The notes: generated by a model not told the origin, from the sequence alone. A stretch of DNA of 64,000 bases from Mobula hypostoma (GCF_963921235.1 NC_086108.1:73038001-73102000); one strand, 5' to 3'; positions 11,277 to 23,617 are shown, counted from the stretch's first letter. Numbers and translations are program-made.

Positions 11277-12401
11277 TAGTGTTTATTTCTTGATCAGAAG
11301 AGAGGGGAGAGTAAAAATCCTGGGAGGAATTAAGCAGATATTTAAGATTTGTTCACTTCTTCTTGCATTTGCAAAATGACCAAAGAGATTTAAGGATGTA
11401 GTGTGATTTGAGTTTACAGGGTAAAACTTGGCATTAGAGAAAAGGACCTGCTCTGGGGGACAGATGGTGCAGCAGACAATCACGGCATGCCTGTAAAACT
11501 CAGGGTTTCCAAGATCAAAGGGATTGTATTTCAGAAAAAGAGCAAAGGAAATACAACCAAAAGAAGACCACATAATCCTTACACCCAGTTCTTCCAGTTA
11601 CTAAGATTGTCCCCTTCTATCCCTTATCTACTTTTCCATTCAGTCATCATCATCTAGATCTCCTTGATCATCAAAATTCAATTTTGCAATCTTGAATTAA
11701 TGACTGAGCATTCATAGCCCTCAGTGGAAGGCAATTTCATTAAGATCTACAGCCGCCTTTTGTGAAGTATTTTCTCCTTAACTAAGTGTTAAATGATAGA
11801 ACCATTAACCTGAGATTTTTGTGCCTTTCACCTTTTAGAATTTTTCATGAATCAAAAATCATCTTCAACACTTCCTACTGATGAAAAAAAGTTTTCAGTT
11901 TTATAGCATCTTTCATAACTTCAGTTCACCGCCAAGCATTCGATACCACTCCTTTACTTCAATAAATACAACTACCAATTTTCACACAGCCAGTTCCCAC
12001 AGCAGCAATATGATAACACCTACATTTTATAGTAGTGTGGAATAAGAGATGAATGCAGCCAAGACATGAACAATTCTCCTTTTCCTCCTCCAAAATAATG
12101 CTATGGAAACTGCAAGACCTCAGTATAATATATTTTAAATAGAAGAGTGCTTTTGTACAAGTGAATTTGGTTGGTGATAGTTTTCCATGATTAAAGGACA
12201 CAAATTTAAAATCATCACTATAAAATACAAATAATCCAAGATTAAATATACTGTAAAGATTCCTTTGGGAAGGCAATTAAGATATGGAATTCCCTTCCAC
12301 ATTTCCAATATTTATTGGAAACAGTCTCTGATGTATTAGAAACTTCCTGTTTTGAAGGGAAGATAAGAGAGATATTAAAGCCAAGAAGTGGAATGCTTTC
12401 A

Positions 12402-12528
12402 CAAAGAAGATGTTGGAAATCCAAACAACACACACAAAATGCTGGAGGAACTCAGCAGACCAGGCAGCATCTATGGGAAAAAAGTAGATGCTGCCTGGAC
12501 TGCTGAGTTCCTCCAGCATTTTGTGTGT
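12402..12528. mobile_element. Miniature palindromic Penelope-like tail element
   Basis: About 45-bp near-perfect stem with 11-nt loop; flanks gaagtggaatgctttca (12385-12401) / gaagtcaaatgctttca (12529-12545). Confidence 0.8.
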
Positions 12529-13199
12529 GAAGTCAAATGCTTTCATTTTGAACAATCCAAGACCAGTGCCCAAGTATTTGAATGGCCATACCCTTGGTAT
12601 GGATATTCATTCTGCAGGATATTTCAAATAATTTTATGATTCTAGTTGCCCACTTACTCAATTAAGTGAAAGAATCTAATTTGAAAAGAGTTCTTCAAGC
12701 AGTCAGGGAAGATTTCGATTTTGTAATTCCTTATGACATACTAGAGATTAGATTGCCTATCAAGCCTGTGCCAGTTATCAGTCATCCCATCAATTCCCTC
12801 TTTTTCAATCATTATCAGCTAAATTCAAACCCACATTCCAGAAGTAACATCAAATATTACAGATGCAGGAATTCTGAAAACTAGACCAGAAAATATTATA
12901 AATATTAGAATTTATCAACAGTTGATATTTTGGGTGGGCTGAATATTTCCTTATTGTTTTATTTAGATCGCTTGAGATTACTGCACATTAAAACAGAATG
13001 ATGCAAATAATCAGCCACAGAGGGAAAAACAAACAACTCCACTAGTTCAGCCACTCTGTTCATTTACAAACGTATTTCAAGGGTTTGGAATATTAAAATC
13101 AGGTTTTAGTTTTCAATATTTTATACACATCTTTTAACTTAAACTTTCTGCCTGCTCCTGATAATCTCCAAGTAGGCTTTCAGTTTTGGTTAGTATCGA

Positions 13200-13690
13200 T
13201 TCAAGATTCAAGATTCAAAAAACTTTATTGTCATTCTAACCATACATCAGCTCTGCAGGGCAGAATGAGACAGTGTTTCCCAGGAGCAGAGCAATCATAA
13301 CATAACAACCGCAACACTAAATAATAAACATAACAATAAATAGTAAAACACAACAGCCACATGTCATTTAAAATCAAGTTATAAGTGTCCAGTGCAAGTT
13401 AAAGGTGTCCAAAGTTGAGTCAGGTAGAGCAGCTATTTAGCAGTCTGACTGCCTGTGGGAGGAAGCTGTTTGGTAGCCTTGTGGTTTTAGTTTTGATAGA
13501 AACATAGAAAATAGGTGCAGGAGTAGGCCAGTCGGCCCTTCGAGCCTGCACCGCCATTTATTATGATCATGGCTGATCATCCAACTCAGAACCCAGCCTT
13601 CCCTCCATACCCCCTGACCCCTGTAGCCACAAGGGCCATATCTACCTTCCTTGATGCTCCTGTAATGTTTGCCTGATGGCAGAAGAACAA
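13200..13690 (-). mobile_element. Rex1/Babar-like 3' end with (TCTTGAA)n tail, split by a young CR1
   Basis: LLPSGKHYRSIKTKTTRLPNSFLPQAVRLLN across the insertion; tail (ttcaaga)n on the + strand. Confidence 0.75.
13498..13650 (-). mobile_element. Young CR1 family 3' end (copy 1)
   Basis: Near-identical to 44322-44490; TSD ttgat at 13493-13497 and 13651-13655. Confidence 0.9.
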
Positions 13691-14574
13691 GCTATTTCAG
13701 TAGTATTCCTAATCTAAAAAGATCTCTGCTCTTAATTAATTATGTTTCCTGTTTTGTTTTCACTGCAGTATTTGCTTACTCCCACTATTAGAGATTCCAT
13801 TTATCGGTTCCACTACAAATCTTTATCAACTAATGAAAGAGTCATCTACTTTGCTATCTTTCCACAATACCCACTGTCTACAATCCTTGGGTTTTACCTG
13901 CCCAGGGTTATACCTCAACCTTTCTCCTTATGGATTTTCATCAGTCCCTCAGTAATGGCCTAACTCCTCTCTTGCAAAGACATTTCTTACTATCTTTACA
14001 ATGGTCTCATCTTGGCACCACCAAATTTCTCTAATTTCCACTCTGAAACATTCCAGCACTTCCATTCAATTTTCACAAAATTGCTTCACATCTACTCCTA
14101 TAATATTTCATAGGCTTTCAGAAAATTCAAATTATGCCATCCAAATTTTGTATTTTGGAATTTGCTCTAAAGTCTGACCTCCATATGAATATGACATTTA
14201 ATACATTTTATCTAATAATTCATAGGCACATTATATAGTATAGCTGGGAATCTTTTCACATCCAATCATGGCTGCATTAAATTTGCCATTTGTGTAGAAT
14301 GACAATAGATCAAAAGTTCCCCCTTTTGTGTGCAATATGATTTATTCAAGTTGTAGGAAAAGCCCGTGCAAAAAGAGGAGTGAAGATGCATTTGTGTCAT
14401 GCTTTTTACACCAAGAGAATGTCTTATCGGATTTACAGCTCCTCAAATGTACTGGATGTATAATGCAAGAAAGCACGTCAACTGATTTATGTTTATTGAG
14501 GTGTCATACCAAAGAAATAAATGAAGAGATGATGTGGGTTTTGGTGGGATGTGAGAGTGTATGTTAACTTTATA

Positions 14575-14710
14575 TTCTTTGAATGGTGTTATGGGATCTA
14601 TTTAAGCAGGTAGGCATGGCCTCATTTTAACTTCCTGCCTCTTAGACTGTGCAGGACGCATTGCTGCACACAAAAGCCAGATTGAATTAATTTAAAACCT
14701 TGACCTTCAA
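14575..14710 (-). mobile_element. Possible ancient DeuSINE core remnant
   Basis: 'gaatggtgttatgggatct…ggcctcattttaac…gactgtgcag…tgctgcac' resembles the Deu-domain as recalled; heavily decayed. Confidence 0.35.
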
Positions 14711-16434
14711 AGTAACATTTTACTGCAGATTTCATATAATTTACATTATTTGCTTGGGGGTTGGTCTTGTTATTTTCACAAAACTTTATGGAAATAAAGA
14801 TATGAGAGCTAAATAATGTGAACTGTGTGAACTATTTTCATGTCTTCTCAAGTATCATTTTATCTAATTTTATGATTGCTCATAAGCATTTCTCTTTCCA
14901 CAGCTCTCTAAAATGCATACTACCATTCTTTATTATTGAAAGTGGAGTTCAATATCTATGCAAAAGATTGACTAACTTACAGTGAAGTCTTGAGTCCTCA
15001 ACTGTATCTACAGTACATGCACCACTGCAAATATATTGTATCTACAGACAAGATGATGAGAAAACTTTTATTGAACTCCACAGAACCGGCTAAAATAAAA
15101 CTAAGTAAAAGATTGATACTCAATACACTAAGAAGAGCACTTGGCTTATTTGCTCCATGATGGCCAAAGATGGAGAATTTTAGATTACTTTACTTTCCCA
15201 GCAGGGATAGTCGGGAGTTGAGGTTTAAAGCCTCCTTGTTTAAATCATACCTGTAGACGGGTTCAGTTTATGATCTTCCATTTTTTTGAAGGGGAATTGC
15301 ACTTGTAACCTGAGTCTGCAGTCCGGGATTTTTCAATTTTTGAGTATTGATAGATTTTTTTTTTAAACTTAGAATGATGTTGCTTACTGACGTACCCATG
15401 TTATGGCTGTATTTCAGCTGTAGTAGTCCTGATCAGGACAATTTGATGATTCCCATTGGAGCCGCATCCAAAGAGTCATCCTTTATCAGCACCATCTTAA
15501 TTTTTTTTCAATGAACCAAATACTTATCTTCAGAATAGCAGCTGCACATTGACGAAAAAGTAATAAATATTCCTAGTATTTCTATAATGAATGATAAAGC
15601 ACTATCTATGGCTACTTGTATTAATAACTAATTTCAATTACCATATGAAATTTAGCTCTGACAGGCACTATTATGTTGATTCCAGCTGAATTTCCCTGAA
15701 GAAATGTCTTAATTACATCAGTTTCCATATGTGTAACAGTAAATTCTATAAGTACAACAAAAACCTAATTGCATATGTTTATTGGAGTCAATCAGCATTT
15801 ACCTATGCTTTATTTATTGTCCCTGAATATATCATTTTTGGTATATCCATATATCTAGCCAGAGCTCAATTGCTATCCATTAATTGCGAATGTTGTGAGT
15901 TTAAATACAGTTTCTCACAATGATTTGGCAAACAGCATTCTGCAAAAATTGCATTGTCGTAATTTCCAGAAGTTCTTTTAGAATTTAGAATCAGTCACCT
16001 AGGTGAAGGCTACAAATCCGGGCTGGTAAAGAGAAAAGTAATGAAGAGTCCATTTTGCAGCAATTTAATACAAAGACGACCATCTTCTATTCCATTATTA
16101 CTGCCCAGGAATTGTATCCAATGAAACAAGGGATGTCAGATCTAAATATGTGGCTTTTCAACTTGGAAGGAAAGGTACTTTATATTGAACTATTTTATCT
16201 ATGTTTGTGCAATACAAATAAATGAGTTCTGATTTAGATACAAGTAATTGTTAATTGTCACAAACTTTGCAGGTCTAATCATTCTAATGACAAATATTTT
16301 TGCATTTTGAAACAGTGGTTAATAAATTAAAATGTTGAAATTAATTACTATGCAAGTAATCATAATATTAAAGGTGCTTCCTGTTAGTCACATGAAAGAG
16401 ATCAAATATTGAAAAACAATTAAATAGACAGATA

Positions 16435-16650
16435 GGTAAAGGTCAATGGTTCCATTTAATATCAGAGGACGTATACAATATGCAGCCTGAAATTCTCACT
16501 CTCCACAGCCATCCTTGAAAGACAGATGAAAAACCCCAAAGAATGAATGACAGAACAAAGTAAGAATCCCAAAGCCCTCTACTCCCCTCCACACACAAGC
16601 ATCAACCCTCCCATCCCCTCCCCCAACTTATTCTAGCATAAAGTATCAGC
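16435..16650 (-). mobile_element. Non-coding short retroelement 3' end (same family as 23618-24083)
   Basis: Reverse complement matches 23880-24080 (tctgtcattcattctttggg…atttcagg…tatac…). Confidence 0.65.
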
Positions 16651-17044
16651 ATAAATTAAATACACCATAAATAAAAAGTAAGTTTGGTAAAGCAATACCA
16701 AATGCCAGGTGAAAAGGAATGTTTGTCTATGAATACTTGGCAACATTCACTGAAAATATTTTATTGATTAGATGTCAAAAAGTTTGCTCAAGTGAACTTT
16801 AATATATTTATCAATTGAATTATTTTACTTACTGGCCAAACTGAGTTTCCCTAGTTCTCTCCTGAAAAAGTATTCCCCAAGAAGAGTAGAGTTAGACTGT
16901 GACTTTGACATCCTGTACAAGCTTGAAACCCCAACAAAACTATTTCCACTACACATGGTTAACTGCCTCTGAAATCTTCATATGCCAACCACTGCTCAGC
17001 AGCAGCTAAATCGTTACCCTTCTCAGAACTTCACCGACATTTAA

Positions 17045-18580
17045 AGTAAATTTATTACCAAAGTACATATTTGTCACTACGTACAACCCTGAGATTCATT
17101 TTCTTGTGGGCATACTCAGTAAATCCATGAACCATAATAGAATCAATGAAAGACTGCACCCAACAGGGTGGACAAACAACCAATGTACAAATAGAAAAGA
17201 GGAAAATAATAAATAAATAAATAAATAAATAAGCAATAAATATCAAGAGCATGAGACAAAGAGTCCTTGAAAGTGGGTCCATAGGTTGTGAGAACAGTTG
17301 AGTGATAGGGCAAGTAAAGTTGAATGAAAGTATCCCCACTTCTTCAAGAGCCTGATGGTTGAGGGTTAACAACTGTTGCTGAACCTGGTGATGTGACTCC
17401 TGAGGCTCATATACCACCTTCCCGACGGCAGTGAGAAGAGAGCATAACCTGGGTGGTGGGGGTCCATGACAATGGATGCTGCTTTCCTGCAACAGCGCTC
17501 TGTGTAGATGTGGTCAATGGAAGAGAGGGCTTTCCTGATGATGGACAGGGCTGTGTCCACTAATTTTTGCGGGAATTTCCATTCAAGGTCTTTGGTGTTC
17601 CATTCGAGGCTGTGATGCACACAAGTCAACATACTCTCCACATCTGGGCCCAGGACAAGTCCTCTGAAATAATAACACTGAGGATTTTAAAGTTGCTGGC
17701 CCTCTACTCTGGTCATCCGAGGACTGGCTCATGGACCTCTGGTTTCCTCCTCCTCCTCAATAATCAGCTCCTTGGTCTTGCTGACATTGAGTGAGAGGTT
17801 GTTGTGGCACTACTCAGTCAGTTTTCAATCTCCCTCCTATTTGCTGATTCATCACCAGCTTTGATTTGCCCAGTGACAGGGGTGTTGTCAGCAAACTTAA
17901 ACATGACATTGAAGCTGTGCTTAATCACACAGTCATAAGTCTAAAGCGAGTAGAGCAGGGGGCTAAGCCCACAGCCTTGTTGTGCACCTGTGCTGATGGA
18001 GTTTGTGGAGGAGATGCTGTTTCCAATTCAAAATGACTGGGGTCTGCATGTGAGGAAATTGAGGATCCAGTTGCACTGGGAGGTAATGAGGCTAAGGTCT
18101 TGAAGCTTATTGATTAGTTTTGAGAGGATGATAGTATTGTATGTTAAGCTGCAGTCGATAAAAAACATCCTGATGTATGCATCTTTGCTGTCCAGATGTT
18201 CCAGGGTTGAGTGAGGAGTCAGTGAAATGGCTTCTGCTGTGGACCTGTTGTGTTGGTATGCAAACTGGAGTGGATCCTGTTTGCTGCTTAGGCAGGAGTT
18301 GATGTATTTCATCAGTAATCTTTCAAGGCACTTCATCACAGTGGATGTAAGTGCTACAGGTTGATAAGCAAGTTACCATGTTCTTCTTAGACACTGCTAT
18401 GACTGAGGTCTGCTTGACAAGGGTGGGTATCTCAGATTGCTGAAGGGCAGATTAAAGAAAATGGTGAACATTTCAGCCAGTAGATCAGCACAGGTCTTTA
18501 GTAGTTGTCCAGGTACCCCATCTGGGCCAGGTGGTTTCCGTAAGTTCACTCTCCTGCAGGAGTATATCCAATCCAATCTG
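17045..18580 (-). mobile_element. Degenerate Rex1/Babar LINE
   Basis: [40 protein letters not shown] remnants; 3' UTR with (AAAT)n. Confidence 0.85.
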
Positions 18581-19529
18581 ACTACTCCCAACCTTCTATG
18601 ACTTCTGGCCCCCTTCCCCGTGATTATGTAATTTTCAAATCTCAGGAAATTCTTCCTGACCGTACTTTATTCTTCTTGGTCTTCTTTGAACTAGCTCTGC
18701 AGCTTTTGCTCCCTCTATTACAGGGTATGTGTGTTTCCTCTCAATCGCCATGCTCCAAAAGCTCTCCACTTAACAAATTTGAACTCCTCTGACTCCTGGT
18801 TTGAAAGATACTTTTGTGCTGCCAAAGGCTATTTATCCTGCTATCAAAATTGAATATGATTGGTGTGATGAAAATTGAAGATGGCTCCAGTTTGTAGTGC
18901 TTGATTGAGAAAATAGGTATTTGCAAATGAATTTCTCTTACTGAAGCACATTGAACAAAAATGTCATTCTGAGTATAATGCAGATTGACTATGCATTGCA
19001 TAATGGTCTAAACTAGGATCTTTGTCTCATTGTTCATTATTTCATGGCCAACATTAATATTACTAATGCCATCCTGAGATGTGATAATGACATAATGAGC
19101 TGAATAGTCTTGATATTTTCCAACATGATTCTGTTCCCCAGAGCTCACGGCATTGACTCACTAACTCAGATTATTTTTATATAAATAGCCACTGCTGCTT
19201 ATAGATATTTAAACAGGATCTGGAAATTTTAATATTGTTAAATATGTTTAAATGAATCTGTGTGTCATTATTATCCATTATGTAGTTCATCTTACTTGAA
19301 TAGGCAGACTGATTTCACAAATTTCAAGGAATGTAAAACTTCATCCACATAAGATTTTGGCATCTTAGATAAGCTGAAATCTCTGCTGCCCATTTGAGAA
19401 AGAGTCCCAATAGTTGTCGATGAGCAGGCTAGTAGTCTATTAAGAATGTGGTCACTTATCCTCGGTGGAAGATAGAAGTAAGTTCTATCTTGAAGAGAAA
19501 ACTCCGAAAGATACTGGGTGACTCATCTT

Positions 19530-19980
19530 TACATCCTGATGGATTTCACCTGAGAATCTAAAAAGCAGCAGCTGGTGAGATAGTTGATGCAATGGATTTA
19601 ATTTTCTAAAATTCCTGAGATTCATGGAATACTCCATCAGATTGGAAACTAGCAAATGTAACTCCTTTATTCAAAGCAGGAGGGACTCTGAATGCAGGAA
19701 CGAACAGACCGTTTTAAATGAGTGGACGAAGATGTGACAAAAGAGTAAAATATGTGAGAAAATGTGGAAACAATAAATTGGTTATCTAAATGGCAAGATA
19801 TTACAGAGCTGAGAGAAATGGCAATCTGAGCTTTCCAGTGGATGATTCACAAAAGGCTGGCATGCAGATAGAGCAAGTAATTAGAAAAGCCAACAAAAAT
19901 TATGATTTATTGTGAGGAAAATTAAATACAGAAGAAGTGAACTTATGCCCCAGTTGTCTAAGGGATTGGTGCTATTGTTA
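19530..19980 (+). mobile_element. Highly degenerate CR1 fragments
   Basis: P.DWKLANVTPLFK motif and 'VIRKAN' remnant. Confidence 0.55.
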
Positions 19981-20438
19981 GGAAGCAGAGAGAGGTTGTC
20001 AGACGATATAGTAATAAGAATAATTAATGATAAGCAATCACCAGTCTAAAACTTATTTTTATCATCCTCTATATTGTTAACATAAAGCCTCCTTTCTCCC
20101 AATGATGTTAAAAGAAATAATTGGCAATTTAAATCACCAGGACACACTGGGGTCAAGAAAGGCCACTGCGTAGTGTGTGGCAAACTGGCAGCTGTATGTG
20201 TTTTTTTACATGAAGTGCAGCCACATGACATAAAAAGTATTCACCCCCTTGGAAGTTTTCATGTTTTATTGTTTTACAGCATTGAATGTCAATGGATTTA
20301 ATTTGGCTTTTTTCACACTGATCAACAGAAAAAGACTTTTTTGTGTCAAAGTGAAAACAGATCTCTACAAAGTGATGTAAATTAATTACAAATATAAAAC
20401 ACGAAACAATTGATTGCATGTATTTCGAGGAAGAGGTA

Positions 20439-20476
20439 CAGTTGACGTTTCGGGCCGAGACCCTTTGTCAGGACTA
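20439..20476 (-). ncRNA. Minimal type-I hammerhead ribozyme motif (inverted arm)
   Basis: UAGUC-CUGACAA-A-GGGU-CUCG-GCCC-GAAA-CG-UC/AACUG. Confidence 0.7.
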
Positions 20477-20773
20477 ACTGAAAGAAGAGCTAGTAAGAGA
20501 TTTGAAAGTGGGAGGGGGAGGAGGAGATCCAAAATGATAGGAGAAGACAGGAGAGGGAGGGATGGAGCCAAGAGCTGGACAAGTGATTGGCAAAAGGGAT
20601 ATGAGAGTATCATGAGACAGGAGGCCCAGGGAGAAAGAAAAGGGGAAGGGGGGGAAACCCAGAGGATGGGCAAGGGGTATAGTCAGAGGGACAGAGGGAG
20701 AAAAAGGAGTGAGAGAGAAAGAATGCGTGTATATAAATAAATAACGGATGGGGTACGAGGGGGAGGTGGGGCA

Positions 20774-21126
20774 TTAGCGGAAGTTTGAGAAGTCAATGTT
20801 CATGCCATCAGGTTGGAGGCTACCCAGACGGAATATAAGGTATTGATCCTGCAACCTGAGTGTGGCTTCATCTTTACAGGAGAGGAGGCCATGGATAGAC
20901 ATATCAGAATGGGAATGGGACATGGAATTAAAATGTGTGGCCACTGGGAGATCCTGCTTTCTCTGGTGGACAGAGTGTAGGTGTTCAGCGAAACGATCTC
21001 CCAGTCTGCGTCGGGTCTCGCCAATATATAGAAGGCCACATCGGGAGCACCAGACGCAGTATATCACCCCAGCTGACTCACAGGTGAAGTGTCGCCTCAC
21101 CTGGAAGGACTGTCTGGGGCCCTGAA
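20774..21126 (-). pseudogene. GIY-YIG endonuclease domain of the Penelope-like element (inverted copy)
   Basis: VIYCVWCSRCGLLYIGETRRRLGDRFAEH…GMN. Confidence 0.85.
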
Positions 21127-21902
21127 GTCTCAGGATGAGGCTTTTCATTCCAGGACGAGGGAGATGTCCTCCTTTTTTAAAGAAAGGGGCTTCCTTTCCT
21201 CCACCATCAACTCTGCTCTCAAACGCATCTCCCCCATTTCACGCACATCTGCTCTCACTCCATCCTCCCACCACCCCACTAGGAATAGGGTTCCCCTTGT
21301 CCTCACCTACCACCCCACCAGCCTCCGGATCTAACATATTATTCTCCGTAACTTCCCCCACCTCCAACGGGATCCCACCACTAAGCACATCTTTCCCGCC
21401 CCCCCCCGCTTTCCGCAGGGACCGGTCCCTACGTGACTCCCTTGTCCATTCGTCCCCCCCATCCCTCCCCACCGATCTCCCTCCTGGCACTTATCCTTGT
21501 AAGCGGAACAAGTGCTACACATGCCCTTACACTTCCTCCCTCACCACCATTCAGGGCCCCAGACAGTCCTTCCAGGTGAGGCGACACTTCACCTGTGAGT
21601 CGGCTGGGGTGATATACTGCGTCCGGTGCTCCCGATGTGGCCTTCTATATATTGGCGAGACCCAACACAGACTGGGAGACCGCTTTGCTGAACACCTACA
21701 CTCTGTCCGCCATAGAAAGCAGGATCTCCCAATGGCCACACATTTTAATTCCACGTCCCATTCCCATTATGATATGTCTATCCATGGCCTCCTCTACTGT
21801 AAAGATGAAGCCACAGTCAGGTTGGAGGAACAACACCTTATATTCCATCTGGGTAGCCTCCAACCTGATGGCGTGAGCATTGACCTCTCAAACTTCCGCT
21901 AA
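21127..21902 (+). pseudogene. Penelope-like ORF C-terminus: RT thumb/linker, Cys-rich motif, GIY-YIG endonuclease (frameshifted near 21400)
   Basis: FKERGF..RVPLVLTYHP; AFRRDRSLRDSLVHS; CKRNKCYTC; FTCESAGVIYCVRCSRCGLLYIGET..R..EH. Confidence 0.88.
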
Positions 21903-22194
21903 TGCCCCACCTCCCCCTCGTACCCCATACATTATTTATTTATATACACACATTCTTTCTCTCTCCCTCTCTCTCTCTCCCTTTTCTCCCTCTGTCCCTC
22001 TCACTATACCCCTTGCCCAGCCTCTGGGTTTCCCCCCACTCCCCCTTTTCTTTCTCCCTGGGCCTCTTGTCCCATGATCCTCTCATATCCCTTTTGCCAA
22101 TCAACTGTCCAGCTCTTGGCTCCATCCCTCCCTCTCCTGTCTTCTCCTATCATTTTGGATCTCCCCCTCCCACTTTCAAATCTCTGCTTTCAGT

Positions 22195-22232
22195 TAGTCC
22201 TGACAAAGGGTCTTGGCCCGAAACGTCGACTG
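22195..22232 (+). ncRNA. Minimal type-I hammerhead ribozyme motif in the Penelope-like 3' unit
   Basis: UAGUC-CUGACAA-A-GGGU-CUUG-GCCC-GAAA-CG-UC/GACUG; 5-bp stem I, 4-bp stem II, palindromic ACGU in place of stem III; predicted cleavage after 22227; G8 reads A. Confidence 0.75.
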
Positions 22233-23617
22233 TACCTCTTCCTAGAGATGCTGCCTGGCCTGCTGCATTCACCAGCAACTTTGATGTGTGTTGCTTGAAT
22301 TTCAAGCATCTGCAGAATTCCTCGTGATTGCATGTATTCACCCCTTCAAGTCAGTATTTAGTAGATACACCGTTGGCAGAAATTATAGCCTTGAGTCTGT
22401 GTGGATAGGTCACTATCAGCTTTGCACATCTGGACACTATAATTTTTCCCCATTCTTCTTTACAAAACTGCTCAAGCTCTGTCAGATTGCATGGGGATCA
22501 TGAGTGAACAGCCCTTTTCAAATCCAACCACAAATTCTCAAATGGATTGAGGTCTGTATTCTGACTTGGACACTCCAGGACATTAATTTCATTTTTAAGC
22601 CATTCCTGTGTAGCTTTGGCTTCATGTTTGTGTCAAACAAATCCTCTCCCAAGTTTCAGTTCTCATGCAGACTGCATCAGTTTTCCTCCAAGATTTCCCT
22701 GTGTTTTGCCACATTCATTTTACCCTCTACCTTCTCATGCCTTCCAGGGCCTGCTGCAGTGAAACAACCCCACAGCATGATGCAGCTACCACCATGTTTC
22801 ATGGTAGGGATGGTGTGTTTTTGATGACGTGCGGTGCTTGGCTTATGCCAAACATAGTGTTTAGCCTGATAGCCAAAAAGCTCTGGTTTGATATCAGCAG
22901 ATTGTCAGACCATAGCACCTTCTTCCAGCTGACATCAGAGTCTCCCCATGCCATGAGAAAACTTCAGATGAGATTTTATGTGAGATTTTTTCCAGCAGTG
23001 GCTTTCTCTTTGCCACTCTCCCATAAAGCTGTGACTGGAAGCACCTGGGCAGCAGTTACTATATGCTCAGTCTCTCCCATCTCAGCCACTAAAGCTTGTA
23101 ACTCCTCCAGAGTTGTCATACATCTCCCTCAGTAGACCCCTTATTTCATGGTTACTCAGTTTTTGAGGATGGCCTGCTCTAGGCAGACTTGCAGCTGTGC
23201 CTTATTCCTTCCATTTCTTCATTGACTTAACTGTACTCCAAGGGATATTCAGTGACTTGAAAATTTTCTTGGATCCATCTCCTGGCTTGTGCTTTTCCAT
23301 AACCTTTTCATGGAGTTGTTTGCAATGTTCTGCTGTCTTCATGGTGTAGTTTTTGCCAGGACACTGACTCAACAGCAGGCGCATTTTTACTGCAATCAAT
23401 TGAAACACCTTGATTGTACACAGATGATCTCCATTAACTAATAATGTGACTTCTAAAACCAAATGGCTGCACCAGTGATGATTTGGTGTGTCATATTAAA
23501 GGGGGTGAAAACTTGTGCAATTAATTATTTTGTATTTTATACTTGTAATCAATATAAATCACTTTGTAGAGATCGGTCTTCACTTTGACACAAAAGAGTC
23601 TTTTTCTGGTGGTCGGT

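Larger units (their letters stand above)
20425..22324. mobile_element. Penelope-like (Neptune-type) retroelement with inverted 3' duplication and perfect 14-bp TSD
   Basis: 20425-21126 is the reverse complement of about 21550-22246; TSD tgattgcatgtatt at 20411-20424 and 22325-22338. Confidence 0.92.
20210..23615 (-). mobile_element. Tc1-like (IR/DR) DNA transposon, decayed, interrupted by a 1.9-kb Penelope-like insertion
   Basis: Long inverted repeats (about 20320-20424 vs 23500-23615) with tattcacccc direct repeats; transposase remnants [52 protein letters not shown]. Confidence 0.88.

Noticed and set aside
12402..12528. Hairpin as a DNA-transposon MITE or CRISPR-like repeat
   Set aside because: The arms match the Penelope-like 3' tail, and there is no repeat-spacer array anywhere in the window.
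15190..15550. Slightly CpG-richer segment as an exon
   Set aside because: The minus-strand reading I tried hit repeated stops and no clear splice pair was seen; the 'aagatggtgctg' start resembles a decayed LINE 5' end.
19468..19492. 9-bp hairpin aagatagaa/ttctatctt
   Set aside because: Short, AT-rich and single; compatible with chance.
20774..21902. GIY-YIG nuclease pair as a host or prokaryote-like nuclease system
   Set aside because: Both lie inside one TSD-flanked Penelope-like insertion; one is frameshifted and both lack the N-terminus.
22504..23135. 106-aa and 156-aa plus-strand ORFs
   Set aside because: Antisense to the Tc1 transposase remnant.
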